Shown here piece by piece: positions 1 through 7,987 of a stretch of 64,000 bases of DNA (position 1 is the stretch's first letter; every line of letters starts with the position of its first letter). Location of the stretch: NCBI GenBank assembly GCA_045651645.1, contig JAZRSU010000023.1:16175-80174 (forward strand), written 5' to 3'. The notes beneath the pieces were generated by a model. The model had not been told where the DNA came from. It saw only the letters and a program-made list of their open reading frames with translations, and ran no database searches. Origin of the DNA: Acutalibacteraceae bacterium. GTDB taxonomy: Bacteria > Bacillota > Clostridia > Oscillospirales > Acutalibacteraceae. A program made the position numbers and the translations under genes.

Positions 1-1
1 A

Positions 2-154
2 AAAGAGGCAAGCGAAACTCAATACTGGCTCCAGCTGTTACACAGCACCGACTATCTGTCGGATAAAGAGTTTGCGAGTATAAACGAAGACGCAACCGAG
101 CTTATTGCAATCCTGACATCGATATGCAAAACCACCAAATCAACATACAGTTAA
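2..154 (+). CDS. 3' end of a four-helix-bundle protein (23S rRNA intervening-sequence protein family); N-terminus lies outside the window
   Basis: Frame 2 is open from the window edge and reads KEASETQYWLQLLHSTDYLSDKEFASINEDATELIAILTSICKTTKSTYS, then TAA at 152-154. The ETQYWL..L motif and helical C-terminus are typical of this family. Confidence 0.65.
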   Translation, partial: KEASETQYWLQLLHSTDYLSDKEFASINEDATELIAILTSICKTTKSTYS

Positions 155-162
155 TAAAAATC

Positions 163-190
163 GGGTGCGGGTGTCCCGCCCACAATTTTC
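163..190 (+). terminator. Weak intrinsic-terminator-like hairpin after the four-helix-bundle gene
   Basis: GCGGG (167-171), loop TGT, CCCGC (175-179). The stem can extend with one bulge and is followed by ACAATTTT. The stem is short and the T-tract poor. Confidence 0.3.
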
Positions 191-300
191 CATTGTCAAT
201 TATCAATTCTCAATTTTAAAAAATAATTTTCCAAAAAGCCAATTTTGGAATTTAACATAGATTATACAAACTACAAAAGAAATTTTGGAGGTACAAACTT

Positions 301-3300
301 ATGAAACCCGCAAAAAGAGCATTAGCTATTGTTCTGGCTGTAGCTATTATCTTGTCCGGTTGGGTGTGGATAGCTCCTGAGATGCACATGGCAGGAGCTG
401 AGGTAGAATTAAAGGACCACTACCTTTTCGCCTACTTCACCGGCACAAGTAAAGAAGGTCAGACAATCCACCTTGCCGTATCGAAAGACGGTTATAACTA
501 TACTGCGCTTCGTAATAACGAGCCTGTTATTATTCCGTCAAAGGGTGTCGGTAACGTCCGTGACCCGTACATATGGTACAACGAGCAGGATAACTATTAC
601 TACATCCTCGCTACCGACCTTGACTTTACAGACGGCGGCGGCGACTACAGTAATAACTCACAGTCATTCATCATCTGGCGTTCAAAGGATCTTGTAAACT
701 GGTACGATGAAACAATGATTGACGTCAGCAAGATGTCTCACCTTATCGGTGATACAAGAAATATGGCTGCCGTATGGGCACCCCAGGTTCTTTGGGACGG
801 TTCAGCTTATGTTGTTTATTTTTCGCTTCAGTGTAATGCAACAGCAAGTACCAATAACAGAAATGCGTTTGAAATTGTTTATCTGAAGACAACAGACCTT
901 CTTGATGCGAATGCATATTACGAGTACGGAAAGCTTCTCAACAATTTCCTCCCCAATACAGGTTGGGGTGCGGACGGTGTTATTGACGCCGATATTATCC
1001 ACAACCCCGGCGACGGTAAGTATTACCTTTTCTACAAAACAGAAAACAACAGTAACAGTTCGCCTCCCAAGACAATCCACTACGTTGTCGGCGATACACC
1101 CACAGGCCCTTATACCAAGCCTAAACACAACAAATATGAAAACTGCGGTTTTTCTGTTTTCCCCAATTACACACAAGGTCTTGAAGGTTGTAACTCCTTC
1201 TTCGATAACGACGGTAACCTCATAATGTACGTTGACGAGTTCGGACATACGAATCAATTCGGCGAATTGGAGGCTTATTTCCACATCGCAAAGTCAGATG
1301 GTTATGATTTTACAAAGTGGACATACCCCAGTGTCAGCAGCCACAATATCAACTCTCTTTCTCCCCGTCACGGCTCTGTTGTAAAAATTACAGAAGCCGA
1401 ATACAACAGGCTTCTCAATAACGCTTACAATATTTCATCCTCATCTTATTCAGAGGAAGAGGTCCTTAAGGACCACCTTGTTGCAAGATACTTCACAACA
1501 AGCAACGTTCTTGATAATACTGTTGTCGGTCAGCCTGACCTTGCTTCATCAACAGGTATCACGATGACAAAGGACTCTCAGACAGGCGAATACTATGCAG
1601 CGTTTGACAGCACAAACGGCGGCTGGGCAGAGGTTGATTTTGACTCGCTCTTCCGTAAGACAAACGGTCTGAATTATAACGATGGCTTCACCATCACTTT
1701 CAAAGCGATGCTTCAGCCCAACTCAGCGGTTAATAACGAAAACAACGACCGAATTTTTGAGATTGCAAACATCTTCGGTGATCAGTCAAGTGCAAATGCA
1801 TACTATACTCATTTCTCACCCGGCGGTGGTGGCAACGGTTCTTACCTCGGTAACTATAACGGCCCTGTAAAAGCCGGCGCACACGACTGGTTGAATGATA
1901 AAAACGGAGCAAACCGAGACGACGAATGTTTCCACGAATATATCATCAGCTACGCAACAGGTAACGTAATGGTTTACGTCGACGGTGAGCTTGTTATTTC
2001 AAGGAACCGATTTGAAATTCCTAATATCGGTGCTAATACTACACTTGATGAATCCTGGTACAAGGCACTCGGCTCAAACGCTACAATGCGTATCGGTAAA
2101 TCCGGTTGGGATGCCGACCCCTTATTCAAGGGCAGAATTCAGGACCTTTGTATCTACGACTGCTCAATGTCATACTACGATGCAAAATCTGTTGACGGTG
2201 AATTGATGCTTGATCAGGGTTGGGTTGGCGCAAAAACATACAACGGCATCACCACCAAGGTTCCTACTTTTTACAGCACAGATGCTAACCGTATGAACAG
2301 TCTTCCCAATAAAAACCAGCACTTCAGCAACATTCTTTATACGTCAAACAAAGTCATAAACCACACTGATAACAACATGTCTGCTGACTCGGCAGGTTGG
2401 CACCATCCGAACTCGGATTTATGGTATGCTTTGTATTACCCCGAAACAACAGTTCTGTTGCTTGACGGTGTCAATGATGCAATTATGCCTGTTTCATTCG
2501 GTGCCTATTGTTCAAACAAAGATAAGGACTGGAAGGCTTTTTATCAGATTTATCCTACACGCACCGGTACAGATGACCTCGGCGAGCTTGAAATATCACA
2601 GAACTGGGCTGGTTGGTACAGAAACGGTGACTACTATGAGTGTATAGTATCTCATGCCGACGGCTATATCGGCAGAAACTCAACCACAACCAGCTGGTCG
2701 CGTATTTCAGATGTTGCGGGTCGTGACGCCCATTGGGGTGCTCCACTTAAAGTCAATGAAGATAAGATTGATTTTGGCAACAGCTACTACAAAAAGTTTA
2801 ACCTTAACTGGCGAGTAAACGCCGGTGATATTAACCTGCCAAACAGTCAAACAGACAAAGATGAACACAGCGGTAACGTTACTTCCGATAACGATATCTA
2901 CGTTATCAATTTCAAGCCTATTCTTGACCTTCGCAATTCAATCACCGAAGCAATGTACAACGAGGTTGTAAACAACACTCAGCTTTGTCTTGAGCTTCGT
3001 GAAAAGTATGCAGCTGCTGTATACACAATCAGAACTCTTGACCCCAACAACTTTGGCTTTGATGCTGCTCAGAACGTTGCATCATCAGATATGACAAGAG
3101 CAACAAACATGGCAGAAACTTCAACAAAGGCTCTTTCAAAGGCTATAGGCGAAGCTGTCGGTACATACGAAGGCGTTATGGATGAAATTGCAAGAGAAAA
3201 GGCTGCAGGCTCATACGGCCACCAGCTTGCACAGTTTGAAGCTCGTGAAGCTACCTGTGCTAAAAACGGTCTTACAGCAGGTTCTTACTGCACAATCTGC

Positions 3301-6300
3301 GGCGAAATCGTAGAAGAGCAGCAGGTTCTTTCAACAGTTCCTCATACATTCAAAGACATCACAATAAGCGGTGTCAAGTACAAAGAATGTACAATATGTC
3401 ATGTTCAGATTAAGTATGAGGCAAGCGGTGTACGATACGAAAACCTTTTCTCATTGAACGCATGGGCAAAATCAGCAAGTGCTAAAACGGACTTTTCGAG
3501 CAACGGCAAGCAGATTGTGCCTACAGTCGACTCGTCCGCAGGTACAGTCTCACTTACCAACCCACTTAGTGGCGAAATTTACACAAGAGCGCATTACAAT
3601 GGACAAGACAATGTAGATCCGCCACGTGATTTCGGTAACTACTGTATACCCGTTACAGGCGGTAACACCTACGTTGTAGAAGCAACCCTCCTTGCAAGTT
3701 CAACGTCCTGGGGTGAGGTTTTCGTCTTCCAGTATACAAAGAACGGTATGGGTTACGCATCAATTCCCGGTTACTTCTCCATCAACCCCGGCGAAACAAA
3801 AAGCAATGAATTTACAGTCGATAAAAACGCAGCGTTTATTGAGATTCGTTTCGACTGTAACGAAACAAACAAAACTGTTACCTACTCCGAAATAGGTATC
3901 TATACAAAAGATAGCTTTGATAAGTTCGCTGCTACAACTGCCGATGCACGTCTCGGCTTCTACCCCGGCGACAACAAAGATCTTTGCCAGCCCAACCCCG
4001 GCGCCGGCTACAACTTTGACGGTTGGTATACAAAGAGTGGCGTTAGAATTGAAAACGTCAACCAGCTGAACATAACAACAACAATTGTTTACGGCAAGTG
4101 GATTGCTGCAGGTCTTGATATTTCTTACGACTCTATCTTCTCATTCTCAGACTGGGCAAAGTCTTCATGTAATCAGTTCTATTACAAGGATGAAAACGGT
4201 AAGCGTCTTACAACGCGCGACAGTAACTTCCTTAAGACTGACCCCGAAACCGGCACAATCACAATTACCAACGACGCAGACACCGACACCTTCGCAAGAA
4301 CAAACTATTGGAACGATAATGGTAACGTTCACAAAATGAATCTTTCGCCCAATACTGAGTATATCCTTGAATATACTGCAACCAGTAGCGACGGTGCAAA
4401 GCCCAACGTTTGCCTTTATATTACAGGCGGTACAAATCAGTATCCCGAAACAGGTAACGCAACAAGATACAGCACGGGTACACATTACTACCGTTTCGAT
4501 TCTGGCGACAATAAAACTCTTACACTCCGTTTTGATAACGTTCAGCACGGCACAACCGTAACGTTCTCCAACATTGCGGTTTACAAGGCAGACTTTGAAG
4601 AGGCTGCAAAAACAATCACAAACCGTGAGTACAGACGTTATTACTCAACAAAGATGGGTATCGGTAACGTTTTCGAGTACACTCCCACACGCCCCGGCTT
4701 TACATTCGGCACATGGATGGCTGATACAAATAATGACGGTGTCGGCGACGAGGATTGGAAGAACAAATCCGACGCATTTATTATTGAAGCTAACTGGCAA
4801 CTGTACTCAACCTGGACCGAAAACAACTACAAGATTGCGTACAATGCGAACTCGGGTAGCGGTACGATTACCGGTCAGACAACAAAATACACCGCAGACG
4901 TTACACTTTCAAACGGTAGCGGTTTCACAAGATCCGGTTACGTGCTGCTCGGTTGGTCAACTATAAAGAATGCAACGGTTGCTCAGTATCAGCTTGGCCA
5001 GACAACAAGCCGACTCGTTGGCGAAAAAGACGGCACGATTACACTTTACGCAGTCTGGCAAGAATCAACTCCGATTACAGTACTGTTTGATAACCTCATT
5101 GATTTCAGTGTCTGGAACAAGACAGCCGGTAACGGTACTGTTAGTGACGTAACAAACACCGGCTTCACAATCACCTGTAATGCAGGTGCAGGCGAAGCTA
5201 CTTCATCCTCACCCTACTTCACCGTAACACCCGGTAAGCAGTATAAAATTGAGATTGACTTTACAGGCAAGAACTGGGACGTTTACATCTTCTTCTGCGA
5301 CGCAAACGGCACCTGGATTGACTTTAAAGACGGACCCACCAACAGATACTCATATGGTGCATCAACAGGCATTACTGAGGACAACGCAGTATTTACCGCA
5401 CCCAACAAGTCCGAGGTTGTTAAAGCGCAGATTCGTGTTGACGCAAACAACGCAGGTAACACCGTAAGATTCGAAAACATCAGAGTTTACGAGGTAGGTA
5501 CGGTTGAAGCAGGCGATGTTTCATACCATGAATCCAAAATTGTTAAGGTCGGTACCGCATACGGCGGCGCGCTTCCCACACCCATAAAGCCCGGCTACAC
5601 GTTTGTCGGCTGGTTCGACGGTGATAAGCACGTAACTAAGGACACTGAAATGGGCTCCAATAAACCTGTAGTTAATCTTATATCACGCTGGGTTAAGGAT
5701 GCTGTAATCGCCGTCGACTTCGAGGCTCCGATTACGTTCACTCCTGAGGCTAAGAACGTAATCAAAGTAGACTCGGTTACAGATTCTGCATACGGTAACT
5801 TTACTGTTAGCGGTGCAACAGCTACCTTCACACCCGATGCAAGAATCGCTGCACCCGAAACTCTGACTTACAAAGCAACAATCAGCGGCGTACCAGTCGA
5901 GCCTAAGCTTACAATCGTTCCCGCTTCAAACGTTCTTTACGAAGATAAACACTTTGAATATGACAACAACCTAACCGGTGTAGAATGGACCGACGTCGAA
6001 TCAGAAGCTACAGGCACAGCCGGCTCAGGTGAAGACAGCGTTTACGGCTTCAGCTCAAGCTACGCTGTGCAGAACAACTACTCTGCTGGCACAGCTAAAG
6101 AAGTATACGTTGACAGCACAAACAAGCGTTCACAGATTCTTGCTACAAAGTTTGTCGGCACAGGTTTCACTCTTTACGGTGCATGCGGACCCGAAACAGG
6201 CGTTCAGCTTGTTACAATCTGCGGCACAGACGGTAAAGCAGTCAAGGCATATATAATTGATACTTATTATTCAGAAGAGATGCTTTATCAGGTTCCCGTA

Positions 6301-7563
6301 TTGACTCACACAGGACTCGCACACGGCGAGTGGACAGTTAAGGTTGCTGCAAACTACCTTTCAACAGCAGGTGCTGTTAAGAACTTCCAGGTTTCTCAGC
6401 AGAGCGTTGACGGATTTGATGACGTAACAACATACGCTGCAGATTGCATTTCAGACGAGCTTCTTGCAGAGCTCGGCATCACCGCTGAAGACGTTGAGGT
6501 TATCTGGTTCGACGAAAACTCCGTTCTCAACGGCGGCACAGGCGCTGCAGCTCCTGCAGGCGATATCGTTCTTATGTCTGAAGCAACAACTCCCAGCCTT
6601 CTCTCCGTCATCGACGGTATCAGAGTATTCGAGCCTCTCGGTGAAGATGGCAGCCAGTATTACAACGATAAAGAGAATGGTGCTAAGTACTATAACGTAA
6701 TTGCTAACCTTGCTGACGGTAACGGTATTGTAGAATCAGCAGATAACAAGATTTTCGCTTACGTATTCGGCGACAGCGAAAACAAATCTGTTACCTTCGC
6801 TGATTATGACGCAAAGGGTGCTAAAGATGAGCTTTACCTCATGGGCGGCACAAACAATGCACTGGCATTCACTCTCAACAAGGTCAATAAGGTTATGATA
6901 AGCCTTCGTTCTGCTGATGGCACTCCGATTAACGTTAAAGTTAACGGTAAGAAGGATATTACAGTCACAGGACAGACTGAAATGTTCTATGATATTTCAG
7001 ATGCTATGAGTGCTGACGGAAGCGTTGCAATAACAAATCAGACAGAAGGTGAGCTTCTTGCTATCGGTTACATTAAGGTTGTTGGCGCTGAGCCTGCACC
7101 TGTAATGGATCTTGACCTCAACTCTGTCGCAATGCTGATGTTCGCTCCCGCTCCCGCACCTGATGTTGACGAGCCTACAACAGGTGACGAGCCCACAACA
7201 GGTGACGAGCCTACAACAGGCGACGAACCCACAACAGGTGACGAGCCTACAACAGGTGACGAACCCACAACAGGTGACGAGCCCACAACAGGCGACGAGC
7301 CCACAACAGGTGACGAGCCTACAACAGGTGACGAACCCACAACAGGTGACGAGCCCACAACAGGTGACGAGCCCACAACAGGTGACGAGCCTACAACAGG
7401 CGACGAACCCACAACAGGCGATGAGCCCACTACGGGTGATAACGATGACGGTGACACAAGCGATTGTGATTCATGCTTCTGCAGAATCTGGCAATTCTTT
7501 GTTAAAGTATTCACCTTTATCGCAACCACATTCAAAGCTCTCTTTAGTACTCTTGTTAAATAA
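301..7563 (+). CDS. Giant secreted multidomain cell-surface protein (GH43-like + LamG-like + beta-sandwich/Listeria-Bacteroides repeat units + DEPTTG repeat + hydrophobic C-terminal tail)
   Basis: ATG 301 lies 9 nt after GGAGG (287-291). There is an N-terminal signal-like segment (ALAIVLAVAIILSGWVWIA). GH43-like motifs are present (VRDPYIW, AAVWAPQVLW). A LamG/ConA-like block follows (FHEYIISYATGNVMVYVDGELV ... GRIQDLCIYD). Four Flg_new-type repeats are seen (GYNFDGWYT..VYGKW, GFTFGTWMAD, GYVLLGWST..LYAVW, GYTFVGWFDG). The protein ends with 15x DEPTTG and the tail FFVKVFTFIATTFKALFSTLVK. Confidence 0.9.
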   Translation: MKPAKRALAIVLAVAIILSGWVWIAPEMHMAGAEVELKDHYLFAYFTGTSKEGQTIHLAVSKDGYNYTALRNNEPVIIPSKGVGNVRDPYIWYNEQDNYYYILATDLDFTDGGGDYSNNSQSFIIWRSKDLVNWYDETMIDVSKMSHLIGDTRNMAAVWAPQVLWDGSAYVVYFSLQCNATASTNNRNAFEIVYLKTTDLLDANAYYEYGKLLNNFLPNTGWGADGVIDADIIHNPGDGKYYLFYKTENNSNSSPPKTIHYVVGDTPTGPYTKPKHNKYENCGFSVFPNYTQGLEGCNSFFDNDGNLIMYVDEFGHTNQFGELEAYFHIAKSDGYDFTKWTYPSVSSHNINSLSPRHGSVVKITEAEYNRLLNNAYNISSSSYSEEEVLKDHLVARYFTTSNVLDNTVVGQPDLASSTGITMTKDSQTGEYYAAFDSTNGGWAEVDFDSLFRKTNGLNYNDGFTITFKAMLQPNSAVNNENNDRIFEIANIFGDQSSANAYYTHFSPGGGGNGSYLGNYNGPVKAGAHDWLNDKNGANRDDECFHEYIISYATGNVMVYVDGELVISRNRFEIPNIGANTTLDESWYKALGSNATMRIGKSGWDADPLFKGRIQDLCIYDCSMSYYDAKSVDGELMLDQGWVGAKTYNGITTKVPTFYSTDANRMNSLPNKNQHFSNILYTSNKVINHTDNNMSADSAGWHHPNSDLWYALYYPETTVLLLDGVNDAIMPVSFGAYCSNKDKDWKAFYQIYPTRTGTDDLGELEISQNWAGWYRNGDYYECIVSHADGYIGRNSTTTSWSRISDVAGRDAHWGAPLKVNEDKIDFGNSYYKKFNLNWRVNAGDINLPNSQTDKDEHSGNVTSDNDIYVINFKPILDLRNSITEAMYNEVVNNTQLCLELREKYAAAVYTIRTLDPNNFGFDAAQNVASSDMTRATNMAETSTKALSKAIGEAVGTYEGVMDEIAREKAAGSYGHQLAQFEAREATCAKNGLTAGSYCTICGEIVEEQQVLSTVPHTFKDITISGVKYKECTICHVQIKYEASGVRYENLFSLNAWAKSASAKTDFSSNGKQIVPTVDSSAGTVSLTNPLSGEIYTRAHYNGQDNVDPPRDFGNYCIPVTGGNTYVVEATLLASSTSWGEVFVFQYTKNGMGYASIPGYFSINPGETKSNEFTVDKNAAFIEIRFDCNETNKTVTYSEIGIYTKDSFDKFAATTADARLGFYPGDNKDLCQPNPGAGYNFDGWYTKSGVRIENVNQLNITTTIVYGKWIAAGLDISYDSIFSFSDWAKSSCNQFYYKDENGKRLTTRDSNFLKTDPETGTITITNDADTDTFARTNYWNDNGNVHKMNLSPNTEYILEYTATSSDGAKPNVCLYITGGTNQYPETGNATRYSTGTHYYRFDSGDNKTLTLRFDNVQHGTTVTFSNIAVYKADFEEAAKTITNREYRRYYSTKMGIGNVFEYTPTRPGFTFGTWMADTNNDGVGDEDWKNKSDAFIIEANWQLYSTWTENNYKIAYNANSGSGTITGQTTKYTADVTLSNGSGFTRSGYVLLGWSTIKNATVAQYQLGQTTSRLVGEKDGTITLYAVWQESTPITVLFDNLIDFSVWNKTAGNGTVSDVTNTGFTITCNAGAGEATSSSPYFTVTPGKQYKIEIDFTGKNWDVYIFFCDANGTWIDFKDGPTNRYSYGASTGITEDNAVFTAPNKSEVVKAQIRVDANNAGNTVRFENIRVYEVGTVEAGDVSYHESKIVKVGTAYGGALPTPIKPGYTFVGWFDGDKHVTKDTEMGSNKPVVNLISRWVKDAVIAVDFEAPITFTPEAKNVIKVDSVTDSAYGNFTVSGATATFTPDARIAAPETLTYKATISGVPVEPKLTIVPASNVLYEDKHFEYDNNLTGVEWTDVESEATGTAGSGEDSVYGFSSSYAVQNNYSAGTAKEVYVDSTNKRSQILATKFVGTGFTLYGACGPETGVQLVTICGTDGKAVKAYIIDTYYSEEMLYQVPVLTHTGLAHGEWTVKVAANYLSTAGAVKNFQVSQQSVDGFDDVTTYAADCISDELLAELGITAEDVEVIWFDENSVLNGGTGAAAPAGDIVLMSEATTPSLLSVIDGIRVFEPLGEDGSQYYNDKENGAKYYNVIANLADGNGIVESADNKIFAYVFGDSENKSVTFADYDAKGAKDELYLMGGTNNALAFTLNKVNKVMISLRSADGTPINVKVNGKKDITVTGQTEMFYDISDAMSADGSVAITNQTEGELLAIGYIKVVGAEPAPVMDLDLNSVAMLMFAPAPAPDVDEPTTGDEPTTGDEPTTGDEPTTGDEPTTGDEPTTGDEPTTGDEPTTGDEPTTGDEPTTGDEPTTGDEPTTGDEPTTGDEPTTGDEPTTGDNDDGDTSDCDSCFCRIWQFFVKVFTFIATTFKALFSTLVK
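7168..7437 (+). repeat. Perfect in-frame 18-bp tandem repeat x15 encoding (DEPTTG)15
   Basis: Units are GAC GAR CCY ACA ACA GGY. Every difference between units is a synonymous third-position change. Units 5-8 (7240-7311) and 9-12 (7312-7383) differ at a single base, giving a 72-bp higher-order repeat. Confidence 0.98.
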
Positions 7564-7578
7564 GAAAGGATTAATATA

Positions 7579-7824
7579 ATGAATAAATATACTAAACCTA
7601 CTCTTTCGCTTCTTGCTGTTGCAACCAATACCGGTTCTACTTCAAGTTGTTCAACAGGTACTGCAGAAGCAAAAGAACTTCTCGATATGCTTGAAATAAT
7701 GGGTGTCCCCGACAGCGAAACTTTCAATTCATCGGAAGGCTGTTCAGCCGGTGTTGATTACTTTGATGACAAATTTGTAAGCTATTGCAAATTCTCCGGT
7801 GCTATTCAAGTATTCTGCTCTTAA
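7579..7824 (+). CDS. Small hypothetical protein (81 aa, 4 Cys, no obvious signal peptide), co-transcribed with the giant surface protein
   Basis: ATG 7579 lies 8 nt after AAAGGA and 15 nt after the giant gene's stop. A strong terminator follows its own stop. N-terminus is MNKYTKPTLSLLAV; the Cys residues sit in SSC, GCS, SYC and FCS contexts. I recognise no family. Confidence 0.55.
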   Translation: MNKYTKPTLSLLAVATNTGSTSSCSTGTAEAKELLDMLEIMGVPDSETFNSSEGCSAGVDYFDDKFVSYCKFSGAIQVFCS

Positions 7825-7836
7825 TCAATAATCCAG

Positions 7837-7870
7837 AAAACCGTCTGCGAAAGCAGGCGGTTTTTCTTTT
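7837..7870 (+). terminator. Rho-independent terminator of the giant-protein/small-ORF transcript
   Basis: AAAA-CCGTCTGC-GAAA-GCAGGCGG-TTTTTCTTTT: an 8-bp GC-rich stem with one G-T pair, a GAAA loop and a T-tract. Confidence 0.85.
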
Positions 7871-7921
7871 GCAAAATTCTGCCATATAATAAGGAAAATA
7901 ATAAAAATATATAATAATATG

Positions 7922-7951
7922 TTGACTTCATATTGCTAATTATAGTATTAT
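7922..7951 (+). promoter_or_regulatory. Putative sigma-A-type promoter of the glycan locus
   Basis: TTGACT (7922-7927), 18-nt spacer, TATTAT (7946-7951), about 37 nt upstream of the cpsB-like start. The AT-rich region 7880-7965 contains other TATAAT-like hexamers, so the exact choice is uncertain. Confidence 0.4.
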
Positions 7952-7987
7952 ATATTATGTATAATTATGTATTTGTGGAGGTGCGCC

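Noticed and set aside
7168-7437. Possible CRISPR array or non-coding satellite, suggested by the regular 18-bp periodicity
   Set aside because: Units are contiguous with no spacers, in frame with the surrounding CDS, and vary only at synonymous positions. It is a coding tandem repeat.
7068-7727. 219-aa minus-strand ORF and the 138-aa plus-strand ORF (7163-7579) running through the DEPTTG repeat
   Set aside because: They are open only because the 18-bp repeat lacks stops in several frames, giving (SSPVVG)n and (QQVTSP)n. They have no RBS or independent start context and lie wholly inside a well-supported 2420-aa gene.
7579-7824. RiPP or bacteriocin precursor cluster centred on the small Cys-containing ORF
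   Set aside because: No radical-SAM, lanthionine synthetase, YcaO, peptidase-ABC exporter or immunity gene is nearby. The next gene belongs to the cps locus behind a terminator and promoter. I kept it only as an unexplained small ORF.
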